64,000 nt of DNA from Octopus vulgaris (taxonomy: Eukaryota), in assembly GCA_951406725.2 (NCBI GenBank), contig OX597833.1, positions 14,570,001 to 14,634,000 of the forward strand, read 5' to 3'. The notes below the pieces were generated by a model, which saw only the letters and a list, made by a program, of their open reading frames with translations, searched no databases and was not told where the DNA came from. This document shows positions 50,241-64,000 of this stretch, piece by piece (the first letter of the stretch is position 1; every line of letters starts with the position of its first letter). The position numbers were made by a program, and so were the translations under genes.

Positions 50241-51542
50241 AATGACTTCGGATATATGTATATATCTTTGATCTAATCCTTTTCTTCAGTCATTAAACTG
50301 CGTCCATGCTGGAGCATCGCCTTGAACGAATCAACCCCAGTTCTTACTTTTAAAAGCCTAATACTTATCCTATCGTTAACTTTTGCCGAACCGTTCAGTT
50401 ACGAGGACATAAACACACTAAAAATGGTTATCAAGCGGTAGTGTAACACAAACACAGGCACAAATACACACTCGCACAAACACACACGCGATGATTGTAG
50501 TAGTAGTAGTAGTGGTAGTAGTGGTAATGGTGGTGGTGGTGGTGGTTGTAGTAGTAGTAGTAGTAATAGTAGTGGTGGTGGTGGTGGTGGTGGTGGTGGT
50601 GGTGATGGTGGTGGTGGTGACAAAGTTCGTAAAAGAATAAAATCACATGCAACTTTTGAAATTATTTTCCCCATTTATCATATCTCTTTTCGCTTTATCC
50701 TTTACTTGATTGAGTCATTATACTGTGGCCATGCTGGGGGGCACCGCCTTCTAGAGTGTGCATTGGTCAAACAAGGCCCAAGGCTAACGTTGAAGACATT
50801 CGCCCAACGCGATGAGCAGTAGGATTGAACCGAAGTAGTATGGGTAGTAGTACGACACAGACACAGTGGTGATGGTGGTGGTGGTGATGGTTGTAGTAGT
50901 TCATTTCTGTCACAAGTTAGTCAAAGCGAGATTCTGAAAGAAAAAGCATCTCTTGCATGTGCGACCGACTGTGAGAACCAACTGCAGTGAAAGCAAACAT
51001 CTTTACCAACACAAATATATTAGCAATGCCAGTCGCAAAGCGTATAAATTAAATGATGGTGGTAGTGGTGATGGTGGTGGTGGTGGCGATGGTTGTAGTA
51101 GTAGTAGTAGTGGTGGTGGCAGTGGTGATGATGGTGGTGGTGGCGATGGTTGTAGTAGTAGTAGTGGTGGTGGTGGCGATGGTTGTAGTAGTAGTAGTAG
51201 TAGTAGTGCTAGTAGTGGTGATGGTGGTGTCATCAAACTATGTCAATTCCTCTTGCACTGGATCTGTCGGTCTCACTCTCTCTATCTCCCCACCACGCAC
51301 AATATAAATCTATGTATACATATATACACATATATAAATATATATATGTATGTATGTGTCTGTCTGACTGTAACTCTTTCTCTCTCTCTCTCACACACAC
51401 ACTCGCCATCTCGACATATATATATAAGTTGTTAGCCAAACTGAGATTATGAGAGAAAAAGTACCTCTCACGTGAGTATTTAACGCGGAAAAGTAGTTGA
51501 TATGTTGAAATCAATAAAGCGTTCCATTAAATACGGAGACAA

Positions 51543-51750
51543 CTTCTCATCCTCCCACCCTAACTACACCAAACTCTCCATCTCCCACTCCAAATTCCTC
51601 CGTCTCCGCAGGCTCTGCAGGGAGGACCGTGAATTTGACACTTAGTCTCAACTCATGGTTCTCCAATCCACCCTACGTTGAAATCGCCTCACCATTACTC
51701 ACACTGCCCTTGTCCGGGCACGTTCTCCGGACAGTTCCTCTGCACTTTCT
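51543..51750 (+). pseudogene. Penelope-like RT thumb-region fragment
   Basis: SSSHPNYTKLSISHSKFLRLRRLC..D.EFDT matches the PLE S.HP.....IP.SQF.R.RR.C motif. A related TSYLNFSSSHPNHT lies at ~52653-52695. Confidence 0.75.
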
Positions 51751-51755
51751 CCTCT

Positions 51756-51984
51756 ATTTCTTTACTACCCACAAGCGGCTAAACATAGAGGGGACAAACA
51801 AGGACAGACAAACGGATTAAGTCGATTATATCGACCCCAGTGCGTAACTGGTACTTATTTAATCGACCCCGAAAGGATGAAAGGTTAAGTCGACCTCGGC
51901 GGAATTTGAACTCAGAACGTAACGGCAGACGAAATACCGCTAAGCATTTCGCCTGGCGTGCTAACGTTTCTGCCAGCTCACCGT
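51756..51984 (-). mobile_element. SINE family A monomer, 10-bp TSD
   Basis: TSD CTTTCTCCTC on both sides. Confidence 0.9.
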
Positions 51985-52232
51985 CTTTCTCCTCCCTCTG
52001 CACTGGATCTGTCGGTCTCATTCTCTTTATCTCCACTACCACACACAATATAAATCTATGTATACATATATACACACATATACACATATATGTATGTATG
52101 TGTCTGTCTGACTGTATCTCTTTCTCCCTCTCTCTCTCTCTCACACACTCAGCATCTCGACATATATATAAGTTGTTAGCCAAACTGAGATTATGATAGA
52201 AAAAGCAGCTCTCACATGAGTATTCGACTGTG

Positions 52233-52619
52233 AGGAGGCGCAATGGCCCAGTGGTTAGGGCAACGGATTCGCGGTCGTAGGATCGCGGTTTCGATTCCCA
52301 GACCGGGCGTTGTGAGTGTTTATCCCTGCCTCCCAGCCTGGCTCCCTCCCCAACTCCCGCCCACGGTATCGCACCTGCCCCTATCTCTCCAACACCACCG
52401 CCCTCACTGGTACCCATCACAGTTTCTGTTGTACCTGTATTTCTGTTGTACCTGTATTTTCACTCTCTGTGTCACGCTGAATATTCCTGAGAACTACGTT
52501 AAGGGTGCACGTGTCTGTGGAGTGCTCAGCCACTTATACGTTAATTTCACGAGCAGGCTGTTCCGTTGATCGGATCAACCGGAACCCTCGTCGTCGTAAC
52601 CGACGGTGTGCTTCCATCC
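52233..52619 (+). mobile_element. SINE family C with replaced interior (52323-52420)
   Basis: Family C head and tail, TSD ATTCGAC(T/C)GTGAG. The middle is an unrelated C-rich sequence. Confidence 0.85.
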
Positions 52620-52843
52620 ATTCGACCGTGAGAAACAGCTGCAATGGAAGCAAACATCCTACCTTAACTTCTCTTCCTCTCACCCTAACCACACCAGCAT
52701 ACCGCCTACCTCGGTACTCTCAATACACACACAGACACCACTATACAAACCCCCATACGCACTGTTCAACCCATTACTAACACAAACACCTTTCAACTCC
52801 ACATACTAACACCGTCCACTTCTCAGCACCCACATCACTCAGC

Positions 52844-53757
<914 letters not shown>

Positions 53758-54069
53758 TTGTATCATTGGTACACTGATACAAATCTAGAAGAAGTGACAC
53801 ACAAATCTTTTATCTTTTTGTTTCCTGATAGGGTCGTAGCGTACGTCCAAGGCATCAGACTCGGAATGATAAAAAAAAGGTACTGAAACCTATTTGAAAA
53901 TGATTCCAGGCTTACCATCGTGAAAAAAAATCGTGTTAACTGGAACGACTCATGTACTGAGAAGAGCATTATCGCTGTGAAAACAACATCAATCCATGAA
54001 TTTATTTATTTATTAATTTTTAAATACATATTTTATCTGTGAATTTGCGCGTGTAATCTGGGAATGCAG

Positions 54070-54071
54070 CA

Positions 54072-54118
<47 letters not shown>

Positions 54119-54227
54119 ATAATAATAATAATAATAATAACAATAACAATAACAATAACAATAACAACAACAACAACAACAATAATAATAAACATAATAA
54201 TAATAATTATCATTATTATTATTATTA

Positions 54228-54267
<40 letters not shown>

Positions 54268-54290
54268 GATAATAATAATAATAATAATAA
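54070..54290. repeat. Shorter (TAC)n-(AAT)n-(ATT)n array
   Basis: Same order and same CAGCATACTAC start as the 52844 array. Confidence 0.92.
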
Positions 54291-54824
54291 AGAAAAAAAG
54301 GATATAAAAAAGAATTTGAGAATGTGTGAAAGAAAGAACTGAATTATTTCAAATGGGGTAAAAGTACATTCTAGTAATTGATTTATGCGTGAGAGATAGA
54401 AGAATTTAATGCCGAGCCCAAGTTATTGGCTACATGACTGATTGCAGGCTATGTAATTTTCCGAGCTAATGAAATTAATTAACCTATTATGACTGCAATG
54501 ATGTAACGGCTACGGGAATGCTGGTAGGCGAATCTCACTCAATCTGAATTCTGTAATCTTAAAAAAATACAAATATGACGATATATTGCTAATGTGATTA
54601 AAAATGGGCAATGTCTATAAAAAGATGAGCAAATGGTAACATGAAATGGTAAATGGAAACGGTGGTGCATCAGCATGGCCACAGCTCTGAGCTGAAACTA
54701 GAGGGGAAAAATGATAGAAATGCATTTTTCACATCGGTCAGTATAATTGTTGTTAAAGCTGGTCTAAATAACGACGATATCATCGAAAACAGCAGACATT
54801 TTCTATTGTTTTTAAGGTATGGCT

Positions 54825-54942
54825 CAATGAGACACCTGAAGAAGGCTGGAGGGTATATCAACCGAAACGTTGTGTTGACAACAAACAAGATGAGGACAAA
54901 TATTCGTCGAATGTAAATAATGTAAATAATGTAAATAATTCC
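54825..54942 (+). mobile_element. PLE-type end, family 4, with HHR motif
   Basis: ACAC-CTGAAGA-A-GGCTG...CAACC-GAAA-CG-TT-GTGT at 54832-54875; ATGTAAATA x3 end. Confidence 0.75.
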
Positions 54943-54949
54943 CTATTAC

Positions 54950-55500
54950 TTTGAATTTTACCGTCGCAAAACCACTCACCTGAAGAGTGGAAGAGCTGCA
55001 TATTTCTCTCAGTAGAAAGCAAAAGTATGTGTTTCTCACTGGGTCCAGTATCGTAAAGTAAGAAATTTTCCTCATTGCATTTTTTTTTGTGTGTTTTATC
55101 TGGAATGATCTTGTCATGCAAGGTTCTCGGTATGGGATGCAGAGCGTGTATAGCTTGCTTATATCTTCTCATTGAACACCTAATAGTGATCATGGTTGGT
55201 AGATGACTAGAAATTTTCCCCCGAAACATTATGTAAAGATTGTGTTATGATCTGTTGTGAACTTTGTTGGGTTGTAATAGCTTTCTCCTTCATTTCTTCA
55301 CCTACAGATAACAGATATCGACAAAGAATATCTGCAGCGTGAGTATGCTCGGGTGTCTGGCTGATTATTTCTTCTCCACACAGTATAATTTTGGTCTTGC
55401 AGTTGTTATGTCGGCGGCTTTCACATTCGTAGAACCTATTTCCAGATGACAAGCACTTTTTCTTAACGTAGACGTAACCAGTATGGAAAAGCTATAGAGT
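54950..55500 (-). pseudogene. MULE/Mutator transposase N-terminal relic with FLYWCH zinc finger
   Basis: GYVYVKKK..GNRFYECESRRHNNCKTKI...EHTH, then after a frameshift ENFLLYDTG..KHILLLSTERNMQLF....WFCDG, which contains the first catalytic D. Confidence 0.82.
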
Positions 55501-55589
55501 TTCTGCTAGATCACCGCCTGCGGTATAACATGCAGTAAACACACAGCAGCATTGGAGCTTTTAAACGTGCATTATACATACTTACACCC

Positions 55590-55796
55590 ATATGTGACTG
55601 CGTGTGTATCGTTGGCGATTTTTTCCTCCATCGTCTTGGATCTTTCCTTTTCCTATGTTTCTGACGAAGAGCTCCGCTCGAAACGTTAGATCCTCCTTCT
55701 TTCATTCTTTCCTGAGCGTCCAATAACACTATACTTGTTCCACGTCCTCGCGGTGTTGTATTTTCTCTTTGTGTTTTGAAGTTTGGATTAACTTTA
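55590..55796 (+). mobile_element. PLE-type end, family 2, with HHR motif
   Basis: GTTT-CTGACGA-A-GAGC-TCC-GCTC-GAAA-CG-TT-AGAT at 55657-55691, followed by (CATA)n. Confidence 0.78.
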
Positions 55797-55828
55797 CATA
55801 CATACACACATATACATACATACATACA

Positions 55829-55860
<32 letters not shown>

Positions 55861-55952
55861 CACACACATCCATCCATCCATCCATCCATCCATCCATCCA
55901 TACATACATACATCCATCCATCCATCCATCCATACATACATACATACATACA

Positions 55953-55986
<34 letters not shown>

Positions 55987-55994
55987 CGTATGCA

Positions 55995-56345
55995 TATAGA
56001 ATATGTATTATGTGTGAGCGTGTTCTGTTATCGAAAGTAGGATATGTGAATCATGTGAAATCACATGAAAACGGAAATGACCAGCTGCGTAATGATCTTG
56101 AACGCCAACCGCCTCTTATGATTTCTGTCATATGTCACAAAACTTGTAAGACAATATATGAACTTAAAAGATACAAAAACACTCCTTCAGACTCAGATTC
56201 AAAAGGGTAATGATGTAGAAGAAACTCGAGTAATATCTTTCACTTGTGATTTAAACCCTGTCCAGTCAGCAGCTGGTCTCAAAACTCACCCAATCGCTCA
56301 TCAACGGAAGGATTGTGCTGCGTGATGGGTGGGCGTATTTTTCTT
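55995..56345 (+). pseudogene. C2H2 zinc-finger relic, probably an RTE LINE 3' end
   Basis: [41 protein letters not shown]; same style as the finger at ~3500-3570. Confidence 0.6.
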
Positions 56346-56471
56346 GTGAGTAGACTTGGCTGACAAGATCGATACGAGACTTGCACATCTTGTGGCTCCC
56401 GAGGGCCTAAAAGTCACCACGAACAGCAACCAAATATACGATTATATTAAGTATAACTTTAATATAAATCT

Positions 56472-56650
56472 TAGGAGTGGCCGTGTGGAAAGTAGCTTGC
56501 TTACCAGCCACATGGTTCCGGGTTCAGTCCAACTGCGTGGCACCTTGAGCAAGTGTCTTCTACTATAGCCTCAGGCGGACCAAGGCATTGTGAGTGGATT
56601 TGGTAGACGGAAATTGAAAGAAGCCCGTCGTATATATGTATGTATGTATG

Positions 56651-56682
<32 letters not shown>

Positions 56683-56683
56683 C

Positions 56684-56715
<32 letters not shown>

Positions 56716-56927
56716 ATATGATTGTGTATCTGTGTTTGTCCCCCCAACATCGTTTGACAACCGATGGTGATGTGTTCACGTCCCCGTAACGTAGCGGTTC
56801 AGCAAAAGACATCGGTATAATAAGTACTAGACTTACAATGAATAAGTCGTAGTCGATTTGCTCGCCTAAAAGGCGGTGCTCCTGCATGGCCGCCGTCAAA
56901 TGACTGAAACAATTAAAAGAGTAAAGA
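56472..56927 (+). mobile_element. SINE family B
   Basis: Full-length match with expanded internal microsatellite. Confidence 0.9.
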
Positions 56928-57906
56928 AGTAATTGCTATATGTGATCTATTATTTATAAAAAAGCTATTGAAGGATGACCTAGGGTTACATAACTCTAAT
57001 ACACTTTACTATGAACCTTATGATCGTATCTAAGAATAAAATATGAATGACTTCTCACAGTCTGTAATTTTGATTCGGAGTATTTTTAGCAGAGTGTTCT
57101 GTTTCTTTAAAAAGTGATTTCGTTGCCGTAAAATTTCTTGTGTATTCTGCATATGGCAAGAATAATAAAACTGAATTTTCATCGTGTTCTGAATATTCAA
57201 ATAATTAGCTAAAAGTAACAGGCATGTCGTAAAGCAAGAAAAAAAATACCATTTTTGAGATCATATTTATAAGACATTTAATTTTGTTTGCCTCGGTATT
57301 TTCCACGATAAATTAACGGTCAATTAAGTATGGTAATAATTGTGCAACGAAAGAGACGTGTAAAGGTTGCAAATCGCCGTGTCACCACCCAAGTTTCTTT
57401 GGCTCGAAAAATTAAGTTGAATGACATGTAAAATTGCTACCGGTTCGGTTCATTAAAAGTACTTGACATTGAAGCAACGGTTTTCTTACAAAAATTTGAA
57501 AGTTAGCAATTGGCTCGCTTCAAATGCAAATGAGAGCATGTTTTCATACGCATCTTTTGTTGCACATGCATTTCTGTTTATGCTGGTTAACGTGTATATA
57601 TATGCGTACTGTAGACGACTGACGAGAAAGGATGAGAGTGTGTGTGTGTGCGTGAGTGAGTGAGTGTGCGAATACTCCGGCATCTGATATTTAATCAGAT
57701 TATATTATACTCTGCTGTGTCTGGGGAGAGTCATTTTCTTTTTGTGCTTTATAATGTAACACACTCACCGATAAAATCTTGCAAACCAAGTCCAAAAACG
57801 AAATTATATTCTGCGTTATATGAAAATACATGTAATCCAATCCATGCACACACACATATATATGCTTTTGTATATAAATACGTTTGTATGTATGTATGTA
57901 TGTATG

Positions 57907-57937
<31 letters not shown>

Positions 57938-58030
57938 GTATGTATGTATGTATGTATATATGTATGTAAATATGTATGAATGTATGTATGTATGTATGTA
58001 TGTATGTATGTATGTGTGTGTGTGTGTATG

Positions 58031-58064
<34 letters not shown>

Positions 58065-58115
58065 TGTATGTATGTAGGTATGTATGTATGAATGAATGTA
58101 TCTATCTATCTAGAT

Positions 58116-58290
58116 AAGGTAATGGCGAACTTCTGCTGACTCTTTCGCCACAACTTTCTCTCTCTCTTTCCTCCTGCATCTTGCAGCTCACATGCGACGG
58201 ACCGGCGTCTCGTCTAGGCGGGGAACCTATACGCCAAGGAAACGGGGAAACCGGCCCTTATGAGCCAGGCATGGCTCGAGAAGGAACAAC
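58116..58290 (+). mobile_element. SINE family D, 3' half
   Basis: Matches 6025-6197. Confidence 0.85.
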
Positions 58291-58367
58291 TATCGGTGAG
58301 ATATCATACCAGAAAACTCGAACGCATATATCTCCACATGCAAGGATACATATAAACACATACATTA

Positions 58368-59558
58368 TACTCTTTACTCTTTACTCTTTTACTTGTTTCA
58401 GTCATTTGAGTGCGGCCATGCTGGAGCACCGCCTTTAATCGAGAAACTCGACCCCGGGACTTATTCTTTTGTAAGCCCGCTACTTATTCTATCGGTCTCT
58501 TTTGCCGAACCGCTAGGTAACGGGGACATAAACACACCAGCATCGGTTGTCAAGCAATGCTAGGGGGACAAACACAGACACACAAACACACACACGCATA
58601 TATATATATACAGAGAACTACGGGCTTCTTTCAGTTTCCCTCTACCAAATTATCCACTCACAAGGCTTTGGTCGGCCCGAGGCTATAGTAGAAGACACTT
58701 GCCCAAGGTGCCACGCAGTGGGACTGAACCCGGAACCATGTGGTTGGTAAGCAAGTTACTTACCACACAGTCACTCCTGCGCCTAATAGCAAAGAAGACA
58801 TTATATATGCATATATAAGACGGGCTTCTTTCAGTTTCCGTCTACCAAATCCACTCATAAGGCTTTGGTCGGCCCGAGGCTATAGTAGAAGACACTTGCC
58901 TAAGGTGGGTGCCATGCAGTGGGACTGAACCCGGAACCATGTGGTTGGTAAACAAGCTACTTACCACACAGCCACGCCTGCGCCTATGTGTATTCACATA
59001 AACAATCTTACGCTTAGAACAAAATCTATATGAAGACAACGGGGACATAAACATACCAGCATCGGTTGTCAAGCAATGCTAGGGGGACAAACACAGACGC
59101 ACAAACACACACACGCATATATCTATATACATATATACGACGGGCTTCTTTCAGTTTCCGTCTACCAAATCCACTCACAAGGCTTTGGTCGGCCCGAGGC
59201 TATAGTAGAAGACACTTGCCCAAGGTGGGTGCCACGCAGTGGGACTGAACACGGAACCATGTGGTTGGTAAGCAAGTTACTTACCACACAGCCACTCCTG
59301 CGCCTAATACCAAAGAAGACATTATATATGCATATATAAGACGGGCTTCTTTCAGTTTCCGTCTACCAAATCCACTCATAAGGTTTTGGTCGGCCCCGAG
59401 GCTATAGTAGAAGACATTTGCCCAAGGTGCCACGCAGTGGGACTGAACCCGGAACCATGTGGTTGGTAAACAAGCTACTTACCACACAGCCACTCCTGCG
59501 CCTATGTGTATTCACATAAACAATCTTACGCTTAGAACAAAATCTATATGAAGACAAA
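58368..59558 (-). mobile_element. SINE family B cluster with ~520-bp tandem duplication
   Basis: ~58519-59038 is repeated at ~59038-59558, including the unique spacers AAAGAAGACATTATATATGC and GCTTAGAACAAAATCTATATGAAGACAA. Confidence 0.9.
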
Positions 59559-60494
59559 CAGGTATTAACAGATAGCATAATCATAAAAAGAAAAAAATTA
59601 AAATAAAATAAACAGAAACTGGAAACAAACAATTAAATAGAAAGTACTAACACAAAGACATCCACCCCAATTCTACCGTTTTCATTGCTGAAAATCAAGT
59701 AATATTTAAACTAATTTTCATTTGACTGCTGCGTTTTATTAGACATTTGAATATATTTGAATATTGAGTAATGTGTTGTTTACCAGACTGAAATTTAATC
59801 TTTTAGTATTCGCCTTTTTCATCTTATATAAAATAAATTCACAGTTTGTAAATTCACAAATAGTTGTCACTTTAATATTATTTGATACCATTTTTATATA
59901 TTATTGACTGTGTAAATATCAAAAGACCACATTTAATCAATTTTATATTTTATGTCCAATTTTTTACCCCTTCACCTATAAGATTTCACAGAATATTACA
60001 ATTGTGCAATACCGCAGCAAAATAGATTGAAAAATTTCATAGATTTCTTAGTTCCAATAAGTAACTAAGGTGAGAATGCTTATTTATTATAAGAAAGGAT
60101 TGTGTGTGATATATTGTCGACTGATATACGGGAAAATGATATACGCTGGGTCAAGAAAAGAAAATTGCTTTTCTGATCGAGGAATGTATCCAAATCAATA
60201 AACAATAATTGGAATCACTGAGGTTCAAATACACAAAATCACAAAATAGAGGCCAAATATATGCACATTCTGTATTTATATTACTCTTTGAATTCTTTCA
60301 ATCTTTAGCCTATGGCCATGCTGGGACACTGCCACGTAGATATTTCTCGTCGAATGTATCAACCCCAGTACATGGGTCTATTCTCAAAGACGGTTACTTA
60401 TTCTATCCGGTCTATTTGGCCGAACCCATACACACACACACACACACAGATACACACACACACACAGATACATACATCTGTATATATATATATA

Positions 60495-60609
60495 TGATCA
60501 CGTGACTGACCAGACCATCAGATGGTGTTACACATCGCTGGTCACAATGCGCTTCACATTGTTTTAGCCTTCGAATGACGCCACCCCGCTGGCTAAGCGA
60601 GCAGGCCAA

Positions 60610-60610
<1 letters not shown>
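60495..60610 (+). mobile_element. Short probable LINE 3' tail in (TA)n
   Basis: Complex 115-bp block ending GCTAAGCGAGCAGGCCAAC between TA runs. RTE-like tail from recollection only. Confidence 0.35.
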
Positions 60611-61946
<1,336 letters not shown>

Positions 61947-62330
61947 TTTTCAGTGTTCAGATTGATATATTTATATCTTTCGAGAAGTACACATTTTCAT
62001 AATTTCTCTTTCATATCTAATTCCTATTTTATCAACTTCATCATTTTCTAAATATCTTCCAAAGATAATTGCTATCTACCCCTTTCGCCCCGGGTGTTTA
62101 TAACTCTCTTTCAATATTCTCAGCTTCAGCAAATTTTCCATTTCGCATACACATATACCTGTACATACACACACACACATACCTGCATCCATTCATAATA
62201 CATGTATACTTCAATTTTATATTAAGAATAACCGGCAAAAAGCCAGCGGGCTTTTATATCACTACACATATACAATAGTAACTCACATACTGCTGTATGT
62301 CTCTTTATATCTATGGCTGTGAATACATCC

Positions 62331-62389
<59 letters not shown>

Positions 62390-62402
62390 TATACATATAT
62401 AT

Positions 62403-62732
62403 ATTGTTATATTTAGGAATGGTCATTTTGCCAGTTTAGCCAATAAAAACACACGCACTATATATTTGGTGTTACTTTGCTTCAGTGTTATTTATTTTTT
62501 ACATTAATCTTAATCTTATTTCGGCGCTCACGGTTAGTAAGGAGAGACACAAATAAGTGAGAATAAAACAAAGGACCACTGATGCGGTCACAGGAGTGTG
62601 ACGAAAGAACTTTGGCCGAAATAAGATTTAAGATTAATGTAAAAAATAAATAACACTGAAGCAAAGTAACACCAAATATATAGTGCGTGTGTTTTTATTG
62701 GCTAAACTGGCAAAATATGAAATATAACAATA
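62403..62732. mobile_element. Foldback element with ~120-bp inverted arms and central HHR-like motif, in (TA)n
   Basis: Arms ~62403-62525 and ~62615-62732. Centre CCA-CTGATGC-G-GTCAC-AGGAGT-GTGAC-GAAA-GAAC-TT-TGG at 62576-62615. Confidence 0.8.
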
Positions 62733-62872
62733 TATATATATGTATATATATGTATATATATATGTATATATATATATATATATGTATATATATGTATAAA
62801 TATATATATATGTATATATATATATATGTATATATATATATGTATAAATATATGTATATATATATGTATATA

Positions 62873-62948
<76 letters not shown>

Positions 62949-63075
62949 GCTATGTTTCTACATTCATTGTGTATGTGTATATAGTGTACTTTGTGAGTGT
63001 ATATAATGTACGAAAAATGTACCAGATCTGGTGATAGATAACTATTATTTAATAAACAAAATAATATACATTCAT

Positions 63076-63126
<51 letters not shown>

Positions 63127-63127
63127 A

Positions 63128-63357
63128 GGCGGTGAGCTGGCAGAAACTTTAGCACGCCGGGCGAAATGCGTAGCCGTATTTCGTCCGCCGATACGGTCTG
63201 AGTTCAAATTCCGCCGAGGTCGACTTTGCCTTTCATCCTTTCGGGGTCGATAAATAAAGTACCAGTTACGCACTGGGGTCGATGTAATCGACGTAATCCC
63301 TTTGTCTGTCCTTGTTTGTCCCCTCTATGTTTAGCCCTTTGTGGGCAGTAAAGAAAA
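63128..63357 (+). mobile_element. SINE family A monomer
   Basis: Full-length match. Confidence 0.92.
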
Positions 63358-63469
63358 TATATATATATATGCATTTATAATTGCAGTTTTATATTTAAAC
63401 TAACAGATAAATCTGCTGGACTCTTAGGTTGCCAGATTGCTAATATTACTTACAATGTTTATATATATA

Positions 63470-63766
63470 TCTATATATATAAAAGTCAAGTTGTGTGTCT
63501 GTCTCCTCCGATTTAGATTCCTAACTACTCCCACATTTTGTGGTGCAGTTTAACCAAAAGCAGGTATCTTATAGTCGTGATTCATATCGAGCCCTTCTGG
63601 GTATTAGCGCGCGTCGACGATGAGTCTACGATTTAAAAAAAAATTACCATCATTTTTTCCATTTTTAATGCATTTTTTTGCTATTATATAAGGGAAGTAA
63701 CTCTCTAAAAATGCTTATATAGTTATTTCCTTTAAAAACCCGAGCAACGCCGGGCGATACTGCTAG
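63470..63766 (+). mobile_element. Non-autonomous Helitron (body type H2)
   Basis: A|TC ... CCCGAGCAACGCCGGG ... CTAG|T. Body matches 40606-40913. Confidence 0.88.
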
Positions 63767-64000
63767 TATATATATATTATAGAAACTTCAGGCGAGAAGC
63801 CCATAAACTCCTGCAGGCGCAAATTCAACTAAAACAGTTGCAAATTCTCATGGATTTAAAAACTAATATATGCTAGACGAAGGAGATGTGTATTACATAA
63901 GAGTGTATGATAACATCATCAAATGAATCAATACGGAGATCAGTATTATGGCGGATCGATTGCTGACGGTGGAAGGGAGCTGAGAATATTTTGGAAAACC

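Noticed and set aside
52233-52310. tRNA-like sequences (also 5899, 24751 and others)
   Set aside because: They are SINE heads followed by SINE bodies and TSDs, not tRNA genes.

Overview
Eukaryotic, AT-rich, repeat-saturated genomic DNA; the SINE families and microsatellite load suggest an octopus or other coleoid cephalopod (inference). I could not identify an intact host protein-coding gene. Nearly all listed ORFs are microsatellite or SINE artefacts. Contents: (1) four tRNA-headed SINE families (called A-D here), with family A often present as head-to-tail multimers inside a single target-site duplication (TSD); (2) decayed RTE, R4/Dong-like and Penelope-like (PLE) retroelements, mariner and MULE transposase relics, and non-autonomous Helitrons; (3) many short PLE-type ends carrying minimal hammerhead-ribozyme (HHR) motifs from at least 6 sequence families, mostly in microsatellites and often in inverted pairs; (4) the best novelty candidate, a family of TSD-flanked retroposons that encode only a gag/ORF1-like CCHC protein and no reverse transcriptase (43164-44821, relatives at 41391-43163 and 16166-16496). 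They end in a stem-loop and a 3' tail that is shared with SINE family A. All calls were made by eye; no database search was run.
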